Counted from the first letter of the stretch, positions 31,336 through 42,565 are shown. The stretch is DNA of 64,000 nt from an uncultured Nitrososphaerales archaeon (GCA_963695855.1 CAVOHZ010000006.1:96001-160000), one strand, 5' to 3'. Made by a program: numbers and translations. Notes: generated by a model not told the origin, from the letters alone.

Positions 31336-32781
31336 ATGGAAAGAATAGAACCAGATTCTGGACTGGAGGATATTCACAAGTTTATTACAAATGAAAATAA
31401 ATCATTATTAATTAGAGGGAAATCTGGTACCGGTAAGGCCACTCTGGCTCTAGAAATAGCAAAAACTCACTCAAACAGATTCGAAGTAATATATATTTCT
31501 AGAAATATTTCCGTAAATAATATTTACAATAGATTTCCATGGACCAAAAACCTATTAAAATCATACAATATAGTGTCTATCAATACCAACCCTGATTTTA
31601 TGTTATCTGAAGCGTCAGTCATATTAAATAGTATAATGAATACACTATCAAACAGAATCCAAAAAATTGAAAATCCGTTTGTACCTTTACAGGAAAAGCC
31701 TAGGCCATTTATAATATTGGAGATATGGGATAACTTAGCAAAAGAACTAGACAACAAAGATATCATAAGAACACAAAAAATATTATCTTCCCTAATAGAT
31801 AAAAATGGAGGTTTTATCATTTTTTTGACTGAAGATATGTACAATACAGATCTTGATAATTTAGTCGATGGAATCATTACTCTTGATCAATCTTTTTATA
31901 AATCGTACCGTCTTAGAGAAATGCAAATATACAAACTTAAAGGAACTGGGATAAATAGATCTAAAATAGGATTTACGTTAACAGACGGGCGGTTTAGAAC
32001 ATTTTCACCCATCTCCCATAAAATTAATTTTGATAAAACAAATAACTATATTTTTTTTCCACATTCAGAAAAAACATTCTCTACAGGAAATCAAGGATTA
32101 GATAATAAATTAAAAGGAGGTTTTAAAAGGGGTAGTATAATCTCATTGGAGATAGAAGAAGAAGTAGATAGATTTGCTTTTGTTCCCGTTTTCGTTCCAC
32201 TGGTATTAAATTTTATTTCGCAGAGTTATGGGGCATTAATAATCTCAGCTTGGGATCAACATATATCATCGGTTACCCGATACATCACACCGTTTGTAAA
32301 TAAGAAATTATTGAATAAATATTTCAAAATAATAGCAAGAGAGAATGTGATTAAAAATGATCTTAAAAATTGTGAAAGTCATCCATACATCGTACCTGGG
32401 ATAGAAATAGATTTTATAAATACAATCAAAATATGGAATAAAGAATATGATGAATTACTAACTAAAACCAATGGATGTCTTGTAACAATAGATTTTAGTT
32501 TTGTAGAAATACAATATCAAAATGAACTTTTAGATATTCAAAAAGCCATTGTTAACTTTTCTAGCAAGATACGTTCCTCCAATAACTTACTTATAATGGT
32601 TTCCAGACCCACCTATAAATCACTAGAAGTAATGAAAAGCGTCAGTGATATTCATTTGAAATTAATGGAGTTCAATGGTGCTGTGATGTTGGCCGCTATT
32701 AAACCTCAATTCTTTCTATATAATATACAAACTGATCCACACGCAGGATATCCAAAGTCACATTTTATAAATAGTTCCTAA
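31336..32781 (+). CDS. GvpD-like / KaiC-RecA-superfamily tandem P-loop protein
   Basis: SLLIRGKSGTGKA Walker A, LDNLVDGIITL...LREMQIYKLKG, FTLTDGRF; degenerate second domain STGNQGLDNKLKGGF. Confidence 0.82.
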   Translation: MERIEPDSGLEDIHKFITNENKSLLIRGKSGTGKATLALEIAKTHSNRFEVIYISRNISVNNIYNRFPWTKNLLKSYNIVSINTNPDFMLSEASVILNSIMNTLSNRIQKIENPFVPLQEKPRPFIILEIWDNLAKELDNKDIIRTQKILSSLIDKNGGFIIFLTEDMYNTDLDNLVDGIITLDQSFYKSYRLREMQIYKLKGTGINRSKIGFTLTDGRFRTFSPISHKINFDKTNNYIFFPHSEKTFSTGNQGLDNKLKGGFKRGSIISLEIEEEVDRFAFVPVFVPLVLNFISQSYGALIISAWDQHISSVTRYITPFVNKKLLNKYFKIIARENVIKNDLKNCESHPYIVPGIEIDFINTIKIWNKEYDELLTKTNGCLVTIDFSFVEIQYQNELLDIQKAIVNFSSKIRSSNNLLIMVSRPTYKSLEVMKSVSDIHLKLMEFNGAVMLAAIKPQFFLYNIQTDPHAGYPKSHFINSS

Positions 32782-33099
32782 TAGCTATATTGAAAGACAC
32801 TGCTGAGTATATCCATTATATTATGAATTGAATCTTGTTTTTGATCGTTATATAGTATGAAGAACAAATAATTTGATCAAAAGACATAAATATTTATGTG
32901 ACTTTTTATTGCAGGCTTATTATTTATTCACAAATATAATACCAAAACATAAAAATACAATCCCTTCATTCATGTACATATTTTCTAATTTAATAAATTT
33001 CATTCAATCTTTTTTATTATATTTTAGTATCTTGTGACTATACTTTTAACGATAATAATTTCAATTGTACGAATACATAACATTTGAATAAAGATTTCT

Positions 33100-33890
33100 A
33101 ACTATTTGCAACTTCTTTCTAAGTATACGTACCTTCTTCGTAGGTATGGGACGGTTCTGGTAATTTGTATTATTCCTGCAACAAAGGATAGATGATATCA
33201 TTTACCCTTTTAGCTATCTCATTATATGGTTTTTCAAATCCATACATCTTTTTAATTCATCGATTCCTTGCTCAAATTTTTTTTACTGCCTTATCTTTTT
33301 TAATTTTGATTCGTACAGATCTATTACAATATTCTAAGATATGAAACCATATCTTTTTATGACCGGACCAGAGTCACCGGTAGTCAAAGATTTGTTTTGA
33401 GATTAGGTAAAAACATCTGATTGGCTAGTATCTATTACATCTTCTAATTCAGCAAAACATAGCCCCGTACTGTAGAACTGGTGAAAACACATGAAAGAAT
33501 TACCACAGCAAACGATTCATTTAAGACTGCATTCAGGATTTGTACATCATTGTTAATTTCAGATTGATGTGCTTTTTCTGAGTACAAGGCAAATCCATTT
33601 ATTGTGCAGTTATCTGATTTGCAACTCTTTCATTCTTATTTGCTATTTCAAGCTTTATGTGATCATCACATAGTTCTTTTAGTTTATCAAGATCCTGTAG
33701 GACTAAATCCAAATAGTCTTCAACACAAATTGTTGAATTAAACTTGAACTTTCGTTGTATCTACCAATGATATAGATGGTGCTTTCATCATCTTTGAAAA
33801 GTATGTGCAAGTGATTGTGCAGTATTTGTTACAGGAATAGAAAGTATAAGAAATAATATTATCAATGACTTGTGGTAGATTTTCAAAATT
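33100..33890 (-). pseudogene. Heavily degraded secreted-protein gene
   Basis: Signal-like start ending LAHTF, later LCDDHIKLEIANKNERVANQI, with many stops and frameshifts; boundaries approximate. Confidence 0.4.
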
Positions 33891-34115
33891 TATAATATCA
33901 TTAAATGAGAGATACTTTTAATGTTACACTATAATATATCCCTTTTACAACGTCATGAAAGAACGTGATAAATAATTCATTTGAAAGGGTAAATATATAA
34001 TACGAATAATAATGTCTTGCCCATCTTTGATCTTCTATATCGATACTACGATTTTTTTTATTTTATAGTGGGGTCGTATGTAAATTTACATATTTGGATA
34101 GCTCTTTCCACTTTT

Positions 34116-34375
34116 TTACGTTTTGTCTGCTGGCGGAGCATTTAGGGATATGTCTGTAGGGGTTGTGATACCAAGAGAGTCATGTTTTTGTTTTTCTTCT
34201 TCTTCGTGATAGGACAATGATTCTGATTTTATTCCTTGTTTTCTAAAAAAGCAATCATCACAAATCCAAGACCGATCAAGAAGCTTGCCCAATTTTATAA
34301 TTTTATCATGCTCCACTTTAAGACAAACTGAATCAGTTACCGCTGAACCACACTACGAACACTTATGTATAGATT
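34116..34375 (-). pseudogene. Small zinc-ribbon protein with an in-frame TAG
   Basis: HKCS*CGSAV...WICDDCF in one frame. Confidence 0.45.
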
Positions 34376-34526
34376 TCAAAATATAATATATTTGCTTATT
34401 AGGATATTAAAGATTATTTGGAGTAATTTCACATATTAAAATAATGATAAATTTCCTTTTTAACATATTTTACAAAAAAGATTTCTAAATTTGAGTGTAT
34501 TATATAAATAGATCTTTCATCAAATT

Positions 34527-34934
34527 GTGTTGATGAAAAACATTCTTCATCAGTTCCTCGCTCTTTCAATTGTTGGGATAATGTTTTTTTCTATATTATT
34601 CAATAATATTTACGGAGAAAGTTCAGAAGTCAGTGTGATTGTAAAAGTCGTAGATGTAGAAAAATTTAAGGGTCAAACTTGGAATATCAACGCTCAATTG
34701 AGGGATAAGACAAATGATTCAGAATTAGCTAAAGATAAAACTACTTTTACAGTCAATGAAAATCAGACAATACAGTTAATAATAGAATTATCAAACTCTA
34801 CAAAAAATATCAACAACTCGTATATATTTGTAGATGCTTCTTCTACTTTAGATGATATTGATGTTTTTGGTAAAATAGAATCGCCAAAGAAGGAAAACAA
34901 TTTAATTACTCTAAATCTGACTAAAGCAAGCTAG
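34527..34934 (+). CDS. Secreted hypothetical protein
   Basis: Signal-like N-terminus and beta-rich body. Confidence 0.65.
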   Translation: MLMKNILHQFLALSIVGIMFFSILFNNIYGESSEVSVIVKVVDVEKFKGQTWNINAQLRDKTNDSELAKDKTTFTVNENQTIQLIIELSNSTKNINNSYIFVDASSTLDDIDVFGKIESPKKENNLITLNLTKAS

Positions 34935-34989
34935 TAATAAAATCTTTTTTAGGTGGAACGATTTATTTTATTACCTTCTTTTATTTATT

Positions 34990-35916
34990 TTACCATGTCC
35001 TTCTGGATGTATCTCTAACATGGTAATATAAATATTGTTGGACATACCCTGCATATTCTCCAAAATATTCACGAACTCTGCTTCCTATAATGTTATATTG
35101 GTTATTAGTTGGTTTATTTTTAGAATGATACTTTTTTTTTATGTCCTCAAATAGCCAATAATAATTCTCCAATAAGGATCTATAAATCCAAACATCTATA
35201 GGAAAAGCATCTAGTTTTTCAAACGCAAATAAAAGAATACAGTCAGCAGTTTTATTTCCAATTCCCTTTAATTTTACTAACTCTTTTCTGGATTCAAAAT
35301 AATGTTTACTTTTTATTTCTTCAAAGTTTAACATTTTTGATTCAATGTCACTCGCTACTGATTTCACAAATTTAGCTCTATACCCTAAACCGCATGAAGT
35401 CAATTCGTTAATTGACGCATTGCTTAATTCCTTTGTATTAGGGAAAAGATAAAATTCTAATCCGTCAAATATTATCTTTGTACCAAATTTTTTGCAAATG
35501 TTTGTTAACATATGTCTTATTCTTTTAACATTTGTATTACTTGCACATACAAAAGTTATAATACATTGAAATGGGTCCTGCCTTAATAATCTCAATCCAT
35601 GGTATTTCTGATATATTCTAAAAATGAATTCATCTTTTGATAATGCTTTATATATTTCTTCATAATTATCATCTAACCTAAAAAAAAAGTTCTCCCAAAG
35701 TTCACTTTTAGGAAAGGATTGATATTCTACTTCATTTGTTGCAATTATTTTTTTATTATTGGTTGTTGCTTCTTTTATTACAGTAAATTTTAATATTTCT
35801 TGGCCATTTATCCCATACCATGATCCATTGGCATTTTTCCATAGGAATACTTGACCGCTATTGATACTTCTTATAGGATCAAATAATACTACTTTATGTT
35901 TATTGCTTCTTTTCAT
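34990..35916 (-). CDS. ogg: 8-oxoguanine DNA glycosylase (OGG1-like HhH-GPD)
   Basis: SGQVFLW, GLRLLRQDP, CGLGYRA, LKGIGNKTADC, FPIDVW, AGYVQQYLY. Confidence 0.92.
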   Translation of the reverse strand: MKRSNKHKVVLFDPIRSINSGQVFLWKNANGSWYGINGQEILKFTVIKEATTNNKKIIATNEVEYQSFPKSELWENFFFRLDDNYEEIYKALSKDEFIFRIYQKYHGLRLLRQDPFQCIITFVCASNTNVKRIRHMLTNICKKFGTKIIFDGLEFYLFPNTKELSNASINELTSCGLGYRAKFVKSVASDIESKMLNFEEIKSKHYFESRKELVKLKGIGNKTADCILLFAFEKLDAFPIDVWIYRSLLENYYWLFEDIKKKYHSKNKPTNNQYNIIGSRVREYFGEYAGYVQQYLYYHVRDTSRRTW

Positions 35917-35959
35917 AATCCTCTATGTTATAACAAATATTCATAAAATATGTCCGCAG

Positions 35960-36154
35960 CTAAATTTTCTCAAATATTTTACGCAAATCATTGTTTAATG
36001 TTTCTATAGTTTTCGGAATTTCTACCTTTGCACATTCTATACAAAAAGATTGTAGAGATAAAGGATAAGAGAAGTATCTATCATTTAATAAGATTTCTTT
36101 CTTGCAGGAAATACATTTTTTTAGTTTAAAAGGATCGGTATTTTTTGTAATCAA
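35960..36154 (-). CDS. Small CxxC...CxxC hypothetical protein
   Basis: CISC...FCIECA; co-oriented between core genes. Confidence 0.7.
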   Translation of the reverse strand: MITKNTDPFKLKKCISCKKEILLNDRYFSYPLSLQSFCIECAKVEIPKTIETLNNDLRKIFEKI

Positions 36155-36232
36155 TCATTATATGTTTTCTTCAAATCATTTTAAATTTATCTATTTATAA
36201 GTACAAAATAATATTTTTGAAATGAAAATATA

Positions 36233-37492
36233 TCATACTTCGTATGAATCTCCCAAGTTAGGAGCAAAGGAGTGATAACCATACTTTTCTGAGATTTCTT
36301 CCGAAAATCTTGTGCAAGAGTTGCCATCTCCATGAACTGTGAGTACAGTTGGATTTCCTTTTATTCTATCAAGTATTTCGAATAGCTCTTCTCTGCTATT
36401 ATGACCAGAAAATTCAAATTGTTTAACTTGAGCAAAACATTTCTTCATTTTTCCATTTAACTTAAAAGTTCCTTCCTCCAACAACCTTCTTCCCGGTGTG
36501 TTTTCTCCTTGATATGATACCAATGCTATGCCGTTCTTTTCATAATCCATCATATTTTGCATATAAAAAACTGCCGAACCTCCCACTAGCATCCCAGCAG
36601 GTGAGATTATCACGCAGGGTTCTCTAACAACCTTTTTTCTTCTCTTCCATTCTCTTACCCATTCTAAATTCTCTACCGCATTTTTAAAAAGTTCTGAATC
36701 CCTTAAAAATTCTGGATATTTTAACATTATTTCATTGACTTTCAAAGCCATTCCATCCATCACAACTTTATATTTGAAATTATGTGCTTTTAACACACAA
36801 GCAATTTCTTGTGCTCTCTCAACCGAAAAAGCTGGGACAAATAAAGTCCCATTATTTTCAATAATTTCGTATGCGAATTCCAGCAGTTCCCTTTCCGATT
36901 GTTCTCTAGGTTTTTGAGTACTTTGTGAATAAGTACTTTCCATAATCATAAGATCTATATCGTCAAAATCTAAATCTGCTGGTCTAAGTAATTTTGAGCC
37001 TCTTGTATTTACGTCTCCGGTATAGAAGATTTTCTTACCTTTATTTTCTATTATTATAGTGGATCCACCAATCACATGACCCGATTCATATAATGTGATG
37101 TTCAAATCATTGATATCATAAGAGTGTCTGTATTCTATGTTAGTATGATTTTTCATCATTTTCTCAACTTCAATATTTTCAAATGGTAGGTAAAAACCAG
37201 ATATTTTCAACATATCTTCAATCAATAACTGTGATAGCTCCATTGTAGGCATAGTTGATATGACTTCAATATTAGAAGATGACAAAAATAATGAAGGTAC
37301 ATAACCTGAATGGTCAAGATGAGCGTGAGAAAGAACCACGGCATTGATATCTTTGGGTTTTACATGAATTGGGAATTCAGGTTCTTTTTTCAACAAAACA
37401 CCATAATCTAATAAAATATTAGAAATCTCGCTCTTTACTAAAAAAGCGGAACGTCCAACTTCTTTTCCTGCACCTAAAACTCTAACTTCCAA
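36233..37492 (-). CDS. Metallo-beta-lactamase / beta-CASP ribonuclease
   Basis: GAGKEVGRS, SHAHLDH, GHVIG, YTGD, MESTY, FSGH, VHGD. Confidence 0.93.
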   Translation of the reverse strand: MEVRVLGAGKEVGRSAFLVKSEISNILLDYGVLLKKEPEFPIHVKPKDINAVVLSHAHLDHSGYVPSLFLSSSNIEVISTMPTMELSQLLIEDMLKISGFYLPFENIEVEKMMKNHTNIEYRHSYDINDLNITLYESGHVIGGSTIIIENKGKKIFYTGDVNTRGSKLLRPADLDFDDIDLMIMESTYSQSTQKPREQSERELLEFAYEIIENNGTLFVPAFSVERAQEIACVLKAHNFKYKVVMDGMALKVNEIMLKYPEFLRDSELFKNAVENLEWVREWKRRKKVVREPCVIISPAGMLVGGSAVFYMQNMMDYEKNGIALVSYQGENTPGRRLLEEGTFKLNGKMKKCFAQVKQFEFSGHNSREELFEILDRIKGNPTVLTVHGDGNSCTRFSEEISEKYGYHSFAPNLGDSYEV

Positions 37493-37541
37493 TTAGAAAT
37501 TCATTTAATCTGTGGTTACTTAAAGTATTGTTTATTGTTGC

Positions 37542-38396
37542 TTAGAAAAATTTTATCTCCCATAATCTCTTACCGTTAATTTTTTCAAGGAAACCAAATC
37601 CTAATTCGTCTAGAACCTCTTCAAATTCATAGGTGACAGATCTTTTAAATGCTTTTTCAGCTTCCGCTTGAGTCATTAATGTTTCTTTTATTACTTCTGA
37701 TTTTTTTCCATTTCTGCAATAAATATACCAATAATTGTGGCTTCCTCTGAGATCAGAGAGAAATTCTATCAATTTATTGTCAAATCCAGAATAATATTTA
37801 TTAGCAAGTGAGAAATTTACATCTTCCCAAGATGGAGTAATCCATTCAGCAAGTTTCTCAAACCCATGTCCCTCGTATTCTGCTGCCAAACTTAAACCCT
37901 CATCTAATGTAGTGATGATTATGTCTGTTTTTATTGATATTTCATCTCTAAAGTCCTCGCCAGGATCCATCCACCCAACAAAAACTATATCATAATCTTC
38001 ATACAAGCCGTATTTCGTGTCGTAAAAATCTATGTATTTTGGCTTTGATCTTCCTATTGAATAAAAAAGATTAATATTTTTTTCAATTCCTTTTGCATTA
38101 GGAATAAATTCTCTGATCTTTTCCAAAAAATCTCCATTTCCACATCCTACATCTACATATTTGATTTTCTTTTTTTCCTTATTTAGAGATTCGGCTATTC
38201 TAGAAATCCTAAGAGTATCTATCTTTCTATACGTGAAATATGTTCCACACAAATACGGGAAAAAATATCTTTCGTGAAACTTATAATTTGATTTTGATTT
38301 AAATTCCTTTAGTCTTTGAATTGCAAATTTAATATTTGATAAATCATAAAACATTGAATAGAATCTCGGTGAGTTATGATAATTTTCTAAAATCAA
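37542..38396 (-). CDS. Class I SAM-dependent methyltransferase-like protein
   Basis: YVDVGCGNG; YDIVFVGWM. Confidence 0.75.
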   Translation of the reverse strand: MILENYHNSPRFYSMFYDLSNIKFAIQRLKEFKSKSNYKFHERYFFPYLCGTYFTYRKIDTLRISRIAESLNKEKKKIKYVDVGCGNGDFLEKIREFIPNAKGIEKNINLFYSIGRSKPKYIDFYDTKYGLYEDYDIVFVGWMDPGEDFRDEISIKTDIIITTLDEGLSLAAEYEGHGFEKLAEWITPSWEDVNFSLANKYYSGFDNKLIEFLSDLRGSHNYWYIYCRNGKKSEVIKETLMTQAEAEKAFKRSVTYEFEEVLDELGFGFLEKINGKRLWEIKFF

Positions 38397-38445
38397 AATA
38401 TTATAATTTTGATCTTATTTCATACAATTATCTATACAAAAAAAG

Positions 38446-38721
38446 TTATGGACAGCCTTCCATTTTCTGAATATAATATCCCTTCTCTTGGATATCTTTT
38501 GCAACTGATGGAGGAGCTTCTTGTATGTGACAAAACTGACATTCTTCCTGAGTCATTTTCTGGTCTCCTTGACCTGCTTGGTCCAAAAATTCCTTTCCAT
38601 ATTTAATAGCTTTTTCATGTGGAGTACTTGCTTCCACAATTACGTCAAAATGCATAATTTTCCCGTCATTTTTTGTTACATATGTGTCATAAACTGCACA
38701 TTCCATAAGAAAAATATACAC
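38446..38721 (-). CDS. DUF2024 family protein
   Basis: AVYDTYV..DGKIMHFDVIV...ECQFCH...GYYI.KMEGC. Confidence 0.88.
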   Translation of the reverse strand: MYIFLMECAVYDTYVTKNDGKIMHFDVIVEASTPHEKAIKYGKEFLDQAGQGDQKMTQEECQFCHIQEAPPSVAKDIQEKGYYIQKMEGCP

Positions 38722-38872
38722 TTAGGAATATTTATTCTATTCACTTCTGTTTTCTCTTGACGTAGTAAAGGGATTTATGTATATTGCAAAATCATAAATT
38801 AAAAACAATTAAATAAGTACTAGTAATTTACTATAATCCATTCTCTTTAGGATTGAGGTTTAGTTTGTTAAT

Positions 38873-39160
38873 ATGAAGCTTAAAAAAGAAATTCGTGATA
38901 AAGAAAATATGGAAAGATTACAAAGTACTATGGATACCTTAGAATCATTTAAGGAGAATAAGGATCTTCCTCGTGTAATTAGAAACCAAATTCGAGATAT
39001 TTATGATATTTTAAAAGATGAGAAAAATGGTAGTATATCCGTTAGAGCTGCTAATGCTGTGAGCATGTTAGATAGTTTGACTCAAAACAGACATATGGAA
39101 TCGCATATTCGAACTACTCTCTGGCATGTTGTATCCAAGTTAGAGAGTATTAGGGAATAG
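38873..39160 (+). CDS. UPF0147 family protein
   Basis: LPRVIR, SVRAANAVSMLD, HIRTTLWHVVSKLESIRE. Confidence 0.9.
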   Translation: MKLKKEIRDKENMERLQSTMDTLESFKENKDLPRVIRNQIRDIYDILKDEKNGSISVRAANAVSMLDSLTQNRHMESHIRTTLWHVVSKLESIRE

Positions 39161-39449
39161 CTAATCAGATTATACATTCCGAATAATTTTTACAGAATTA
39201 ACGCCGGATTGAAACAATTCAATTTATAACATGCACATGACTAAATTTAAGGATTTAATAAATAAATAAACAACTATTTAAAGATTTTACTCATAAAGGA
39301 CTAAGCATGATATTATGAATCGGCTCTATAATCGTAATCCATCTTCTTGTTTTAACCTAATTAACAAAATGGAGCGAAAACCAAATCTTAATAGATGTTA
39401 GTTGTATTAATGAAAAATAAGAACAACAATTATTAACTTTTTAAAACAC

Positions 39450-40103
39450 ATGTTTCGTATGGATTCAAATACAAAAACAGAAGAGTGGAGTTATATTAAT
39501 AAGAATTTTCTTCTTCCCGGAGATCATATAGCATATATTGAAGAGTTTGAAAGCGGTAAAGATACTTACGTATCCGACGGTTCGGTCCGATCATCTGCTC
39601 TAGGATTAAGGGATTACAACTTAAAGCATAGGATGGTCAGCGTAGATAGAAAGAATAAAGCTAAATTCCCAAAAGTTGGTGATGAAATTATAGGATATAT
39701 TGAAATGTTATTCAGTAGTATGATATCTATAAAGATCTTATATTTGAATAATACAAAGGTAGGATCTGGCCTTTCAGCTATAGCTTCAACCAAAATTTCT
39801 ACTTCTGGTGGAATACATCCTAGGAGAGATAGAGAAAGGAGACCAAAATTAATTTACAGAGTAGGTGATATAGTTAGAGGACGAATATTTAGTTTAATGA
39901 ATTCTTCATCACATGCAACTATTGACGATAAAAATCTTGGAGTAGTTTATTGTTTGTGCTATAGTTGTGGAGGAGAAACTGTGAAGTTAAACAGCAGCAT
40001 TAAATGCATTGATTGTGGGATGAGTGAGGAAAAGAAGTTAACGTCGGATTTTGGTAAAGATGCATTATTAAGACTCGAGAACGTTATTCAGAATCGATCG
40101 TAA
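39450..40103 (+). CDS. csl4: Exosome RNA-binding protein Csl4
   Basis: LPGD..IEEF.SG N-terminus, S1 domain (PKVGD, VGDIVRG), LGVV..CxxC...CxxC zinc ribbon. Confidence 0.92.
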   Translation: MFRMDSNTKTEEWSYINKNFLLPGDHIAYIEEFESGKDTYVSDGSVRSSALGLRDYNLKHRMVSVDRKNKAKFPKVGDEIIGYIEMLFSSMISIKILYLNNTKVGSGLSAIASTKISTSGGIHPRRDRERRPKLIYRVGDIVRGRIFSLMNSSSHATIDDKNLGVVYCLCYSCGGETVKLNSSIKCIDCGMSEEKKLTSDFGKDALLRLENVIQNRS

Positions 40104-40234
40104 ATAGATAGACAAAATTTTAATTGGTAAATATTTTTAATTCTTTTATCAATATTTTTTGTTAAAACAGATTATAGCACATCTTGGTAAATTTCTGAAA
40201 GTGATTAAAGGAAGTTATTATAATTTCTGGTGAA

Positions 40235-42565
40235 ATGATAATGGCAGATACAAATTATGAAATTTATAAAAAGATTAGAAAATTTTCTACTTTACTTGTA
40301 ATATTTTTCTTTTTCACTGTCCTAACTTCTGGCATCATTCAAAATTATTCTGCATTTGGACAAGTTGGTAAATTCGGAACATTTTCTGGTTCCAACTTCA
40401 AATATATAAAAGATTCAGAACTATTTCAATTAAAGCAATTTTCTGTTGCATCTTGGTTTAAAACAAATTCTACTAGCAAGATTGTTTCTTTCATTGTTGA
40501 CAAAGGAGGAACAGGATCGGAAGCTCCTGGAGAGAATATGAATTTCGGGATGTTTTTGAATCCTCTTGGTCAAATTCAGGCGGGATTTGAAACATTAGAT
40601 GGATCAAATCACTTGGTGACTTCTCAAAATAAATTGAATGATAATAAATGGCACTATGGTACCGTCACGTACGACGGTTCAATCCTAAAATTATTTGTGG
40701 ATGGCGTTCTAATAAATGATAAAAATACCACTAATGCTGAACCTGATTATACTGGAAAAAATCGTATAACCATAGGGGCGAATTCTCTGTTTAAAGATAA
40801 GTTCTTTATTGGAGACCTAGATGAGGTTCGAATTTGGGATCGGGCTTTAACAAATGCAGAGGTCTATGATGGATTCTCAAACAACAAGTTTAATCTTAAA
40901 GGTCAATTAGTTTTTGTATCATTTGGAGATAACACTTTATGTAAACAAGAAAAACAGGTCAATGTGACATCGATAGGCAGTCAACAACAACATCCTGCAG
41001 TAGATGCAATAGACGCAGATCAGTCAACTAGATGGTCATATCCTGGTCTTAATTCTTGGATATTGTTAGACCTTGGCGGGGAGAAGGAAGTCTGTGATAT
41101 AGATATATCATGGTACAAAGGTGATAACAGAAAAATTAAATTTGTAGTTTCTGCTTCATCTGACGGTGAAATATTCAGCAACATTTTCTCTGAGACAAGC
41201 AGTGGTCTAACCGATGGTCCAGAAAGATACGATCTTCCTGATATCAAGACTCGATTCTTAAAATTAAGTATTATTGCAAATTCAATCAATGACTGGTCCA
41301 GTATTTCCGAGATAGATATCAATAACCCACGTGTTCCAGGTTCACCATCCCCATGTCAAGAATTATCTATATCTCCAAACGGTGTTACCTCCATAGGTAA
41401 TCAACCAGCTCATCCTGAGCAAGATGCCGTTGACGGAGATTCGAATACCCGATGGTCCAATTTTGGATTAGGTTCATGGATAGATATAGACCTAGGAAAA
41501 GAAGTGGATATTTGTGATCTAGGAATATCATGGTTCAAAGGCGATCTTCGCAAACTAGATTTCTTAATTTCTGTGTCTACAGACGGAAATGATTATAGAC
41601 AAATATTTTCTGCTCGCAGCACTGGAGATACTCCCGAATTAGAATTGTATGATATACCAGATACAACTGCTAAATTTGTAAGGATCACAGTTACTGGAAA
41701 TAGTTTGAATAATTGGTCAAGCATATCCGAAATAAAGATATTCGGTAAAGAAGTTCAATCAGATTCATTTCTATCTGTTTCACAAGTTGGAGTATTAACA
41801 AAGGTAATTAATAACAATGGTGGAGATAAACAGCCTAAAGACTTTATTATTTCTGTAACAGGAATGCAGGCTATTCCAAATTCATTTTCCGGAAATCCAG
41901 ATGGACAGATTGTATCATTGAAACCTGGAGATTATAGTGTCAATGTTTCCCAGTCATTGGGATACAAAACAATATATTCTGCAGGTTGCGTAGGTGTAGT
42001 TGGACCGGGAGAAAGTAAGGATTGCGTAATTACATTGGATGATATTAATCCTCCAATCCAACCAATAAATCAAACTTTGTCTGTACAACAAAAAGAATCT
42101 TTACAGAATACAAACAATTCTTTACAGAATACAAACAATTCTTTACAGAATACAAACAATTCTTTACAGAATACAAACAATTCTTTACAGAATACAAACA
42201 ATTCTTTACAGAATACAAACAATTCTTTACAGAATACAAACAATATTAAGAGTGATGAAAAGCGTCTAATATCAAATATACCAGAATTGAAGGTTATTGT
42301 AGAAGTATTAAATGTATACGGAGGAACTAAAAATCCTTCTGATTTTACACTGGTTGTTAAAGGAGAAAATCCTGTACCGAATACCTTTACAGGTAATTCC
42401 AATTTACAAATAGTGTCCATAAGTCCTGGAAAATATGAAGTTGAGGTAAAGGATCTATTAGGATATATGGTTAATAGAATTTCAGGATGTGATGGTATAA
42501 TAGAAACCATAGATAAGACTTGTATAATAGAATTGATAGACAAGCCAAATAAAACAGGTCACTAA
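40235..42565 (+). CDS. Surface protein: LamG-like, two discoidin (F5/8 type C) and two prealbumin-like domains
   Basis: WHYGTVTYDG...LDEVRIWDRAL; two AxDxDxxTRWS...W..LDLG units; two VxNxxGGxKxPxDF units. Confidence 0.88.
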   Translation: MIMADTNYEIYKKIRKFSTLLVIFFFFTVLTSGIIQNYSAFGQVGKFGTFSGSNFKYIKDSELFQLKQFSVASWFKTNSTSKIVSFIVDKGGTGSEAPGENMNFGMFLNPLGQIQAGFETLDGSNHLVTSQNKLNDNKWHYGTVTYDGSILKLFVDGVLINDKNTTNAEPDYTGKNRITIGANSLFKDKFFIGDLDEVRIWDRALTNAEVYDGFSNNKFNLKGQLVFVSFGDNTLCKQEKQVNVTSIGSQQQHPAVDAIDADQSTRWSYPGLNSWILLDLGGEKEVCDIDISWYKGDNRKIKFVVSASSDGEIFSNIFSETSSGLTDGPERYDLPDIKTRFLKLSIIANSINDWSSISEIDINNPRVPGSPSPCQELSISPNGVTSIGNQPAHPEQDAVDGDSNTRWSNFGLGSWIDIDLGKEVDICDLGISWFKGDLRKLDFLISVSTDGNDYRQIFSARSTGDTPELELYDIPDTTAKFVRITVTGNSLNNWSSISEIKIFGKEVQSDSFLSVSQVGVLTKVINNNGGDKQPKDFIISVTGMQAIPNSFSGNPDGQIVSLKPGDYSVNVSQSLGYKTIYSAGCVGVVGPGESKDCVITLDDINPPIQPINQTLSVQQKESLQNTNNSLQNTNNSLQNTNNSLQNTNNSLQNTNNSLQNTNNSLQNTNNIKSDEKRLISNIPELKVIVEVLNVYGGTKNPSDFTLVVKGENPVPNTFTGNSNLQIVSISPGKYEVEVKDLLGYMVNRISGCDGIIETIDKTCIIELIDKPNKTGH
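42098..42244 (+). repeat. 21-bp tandem repeat x7 (TCTTTACAGAATACAAACAAT)
   Basis: Directly visible; encodes (SLQNTNN)7. Confidence 0.95.

Noticed and set aside
31336-32781. Gas vesicle or circadian clock locus
   Set aside because: No gvpA/structural genes or kaiB in the window; similarity is at domain level only
30401-32781. Pycsar/CBASS-type defence operon
   Set aside because: Cyclase has adenylate-type specificity residues, and no cNMP-binding TM/TIR effector or CD-NTase is recognisable
42098-42244. Tandem repeat as a possible CRISPR or non-coding array
   Set aside because: Contiguous 21-bp units without spacers, in frame within a CDS
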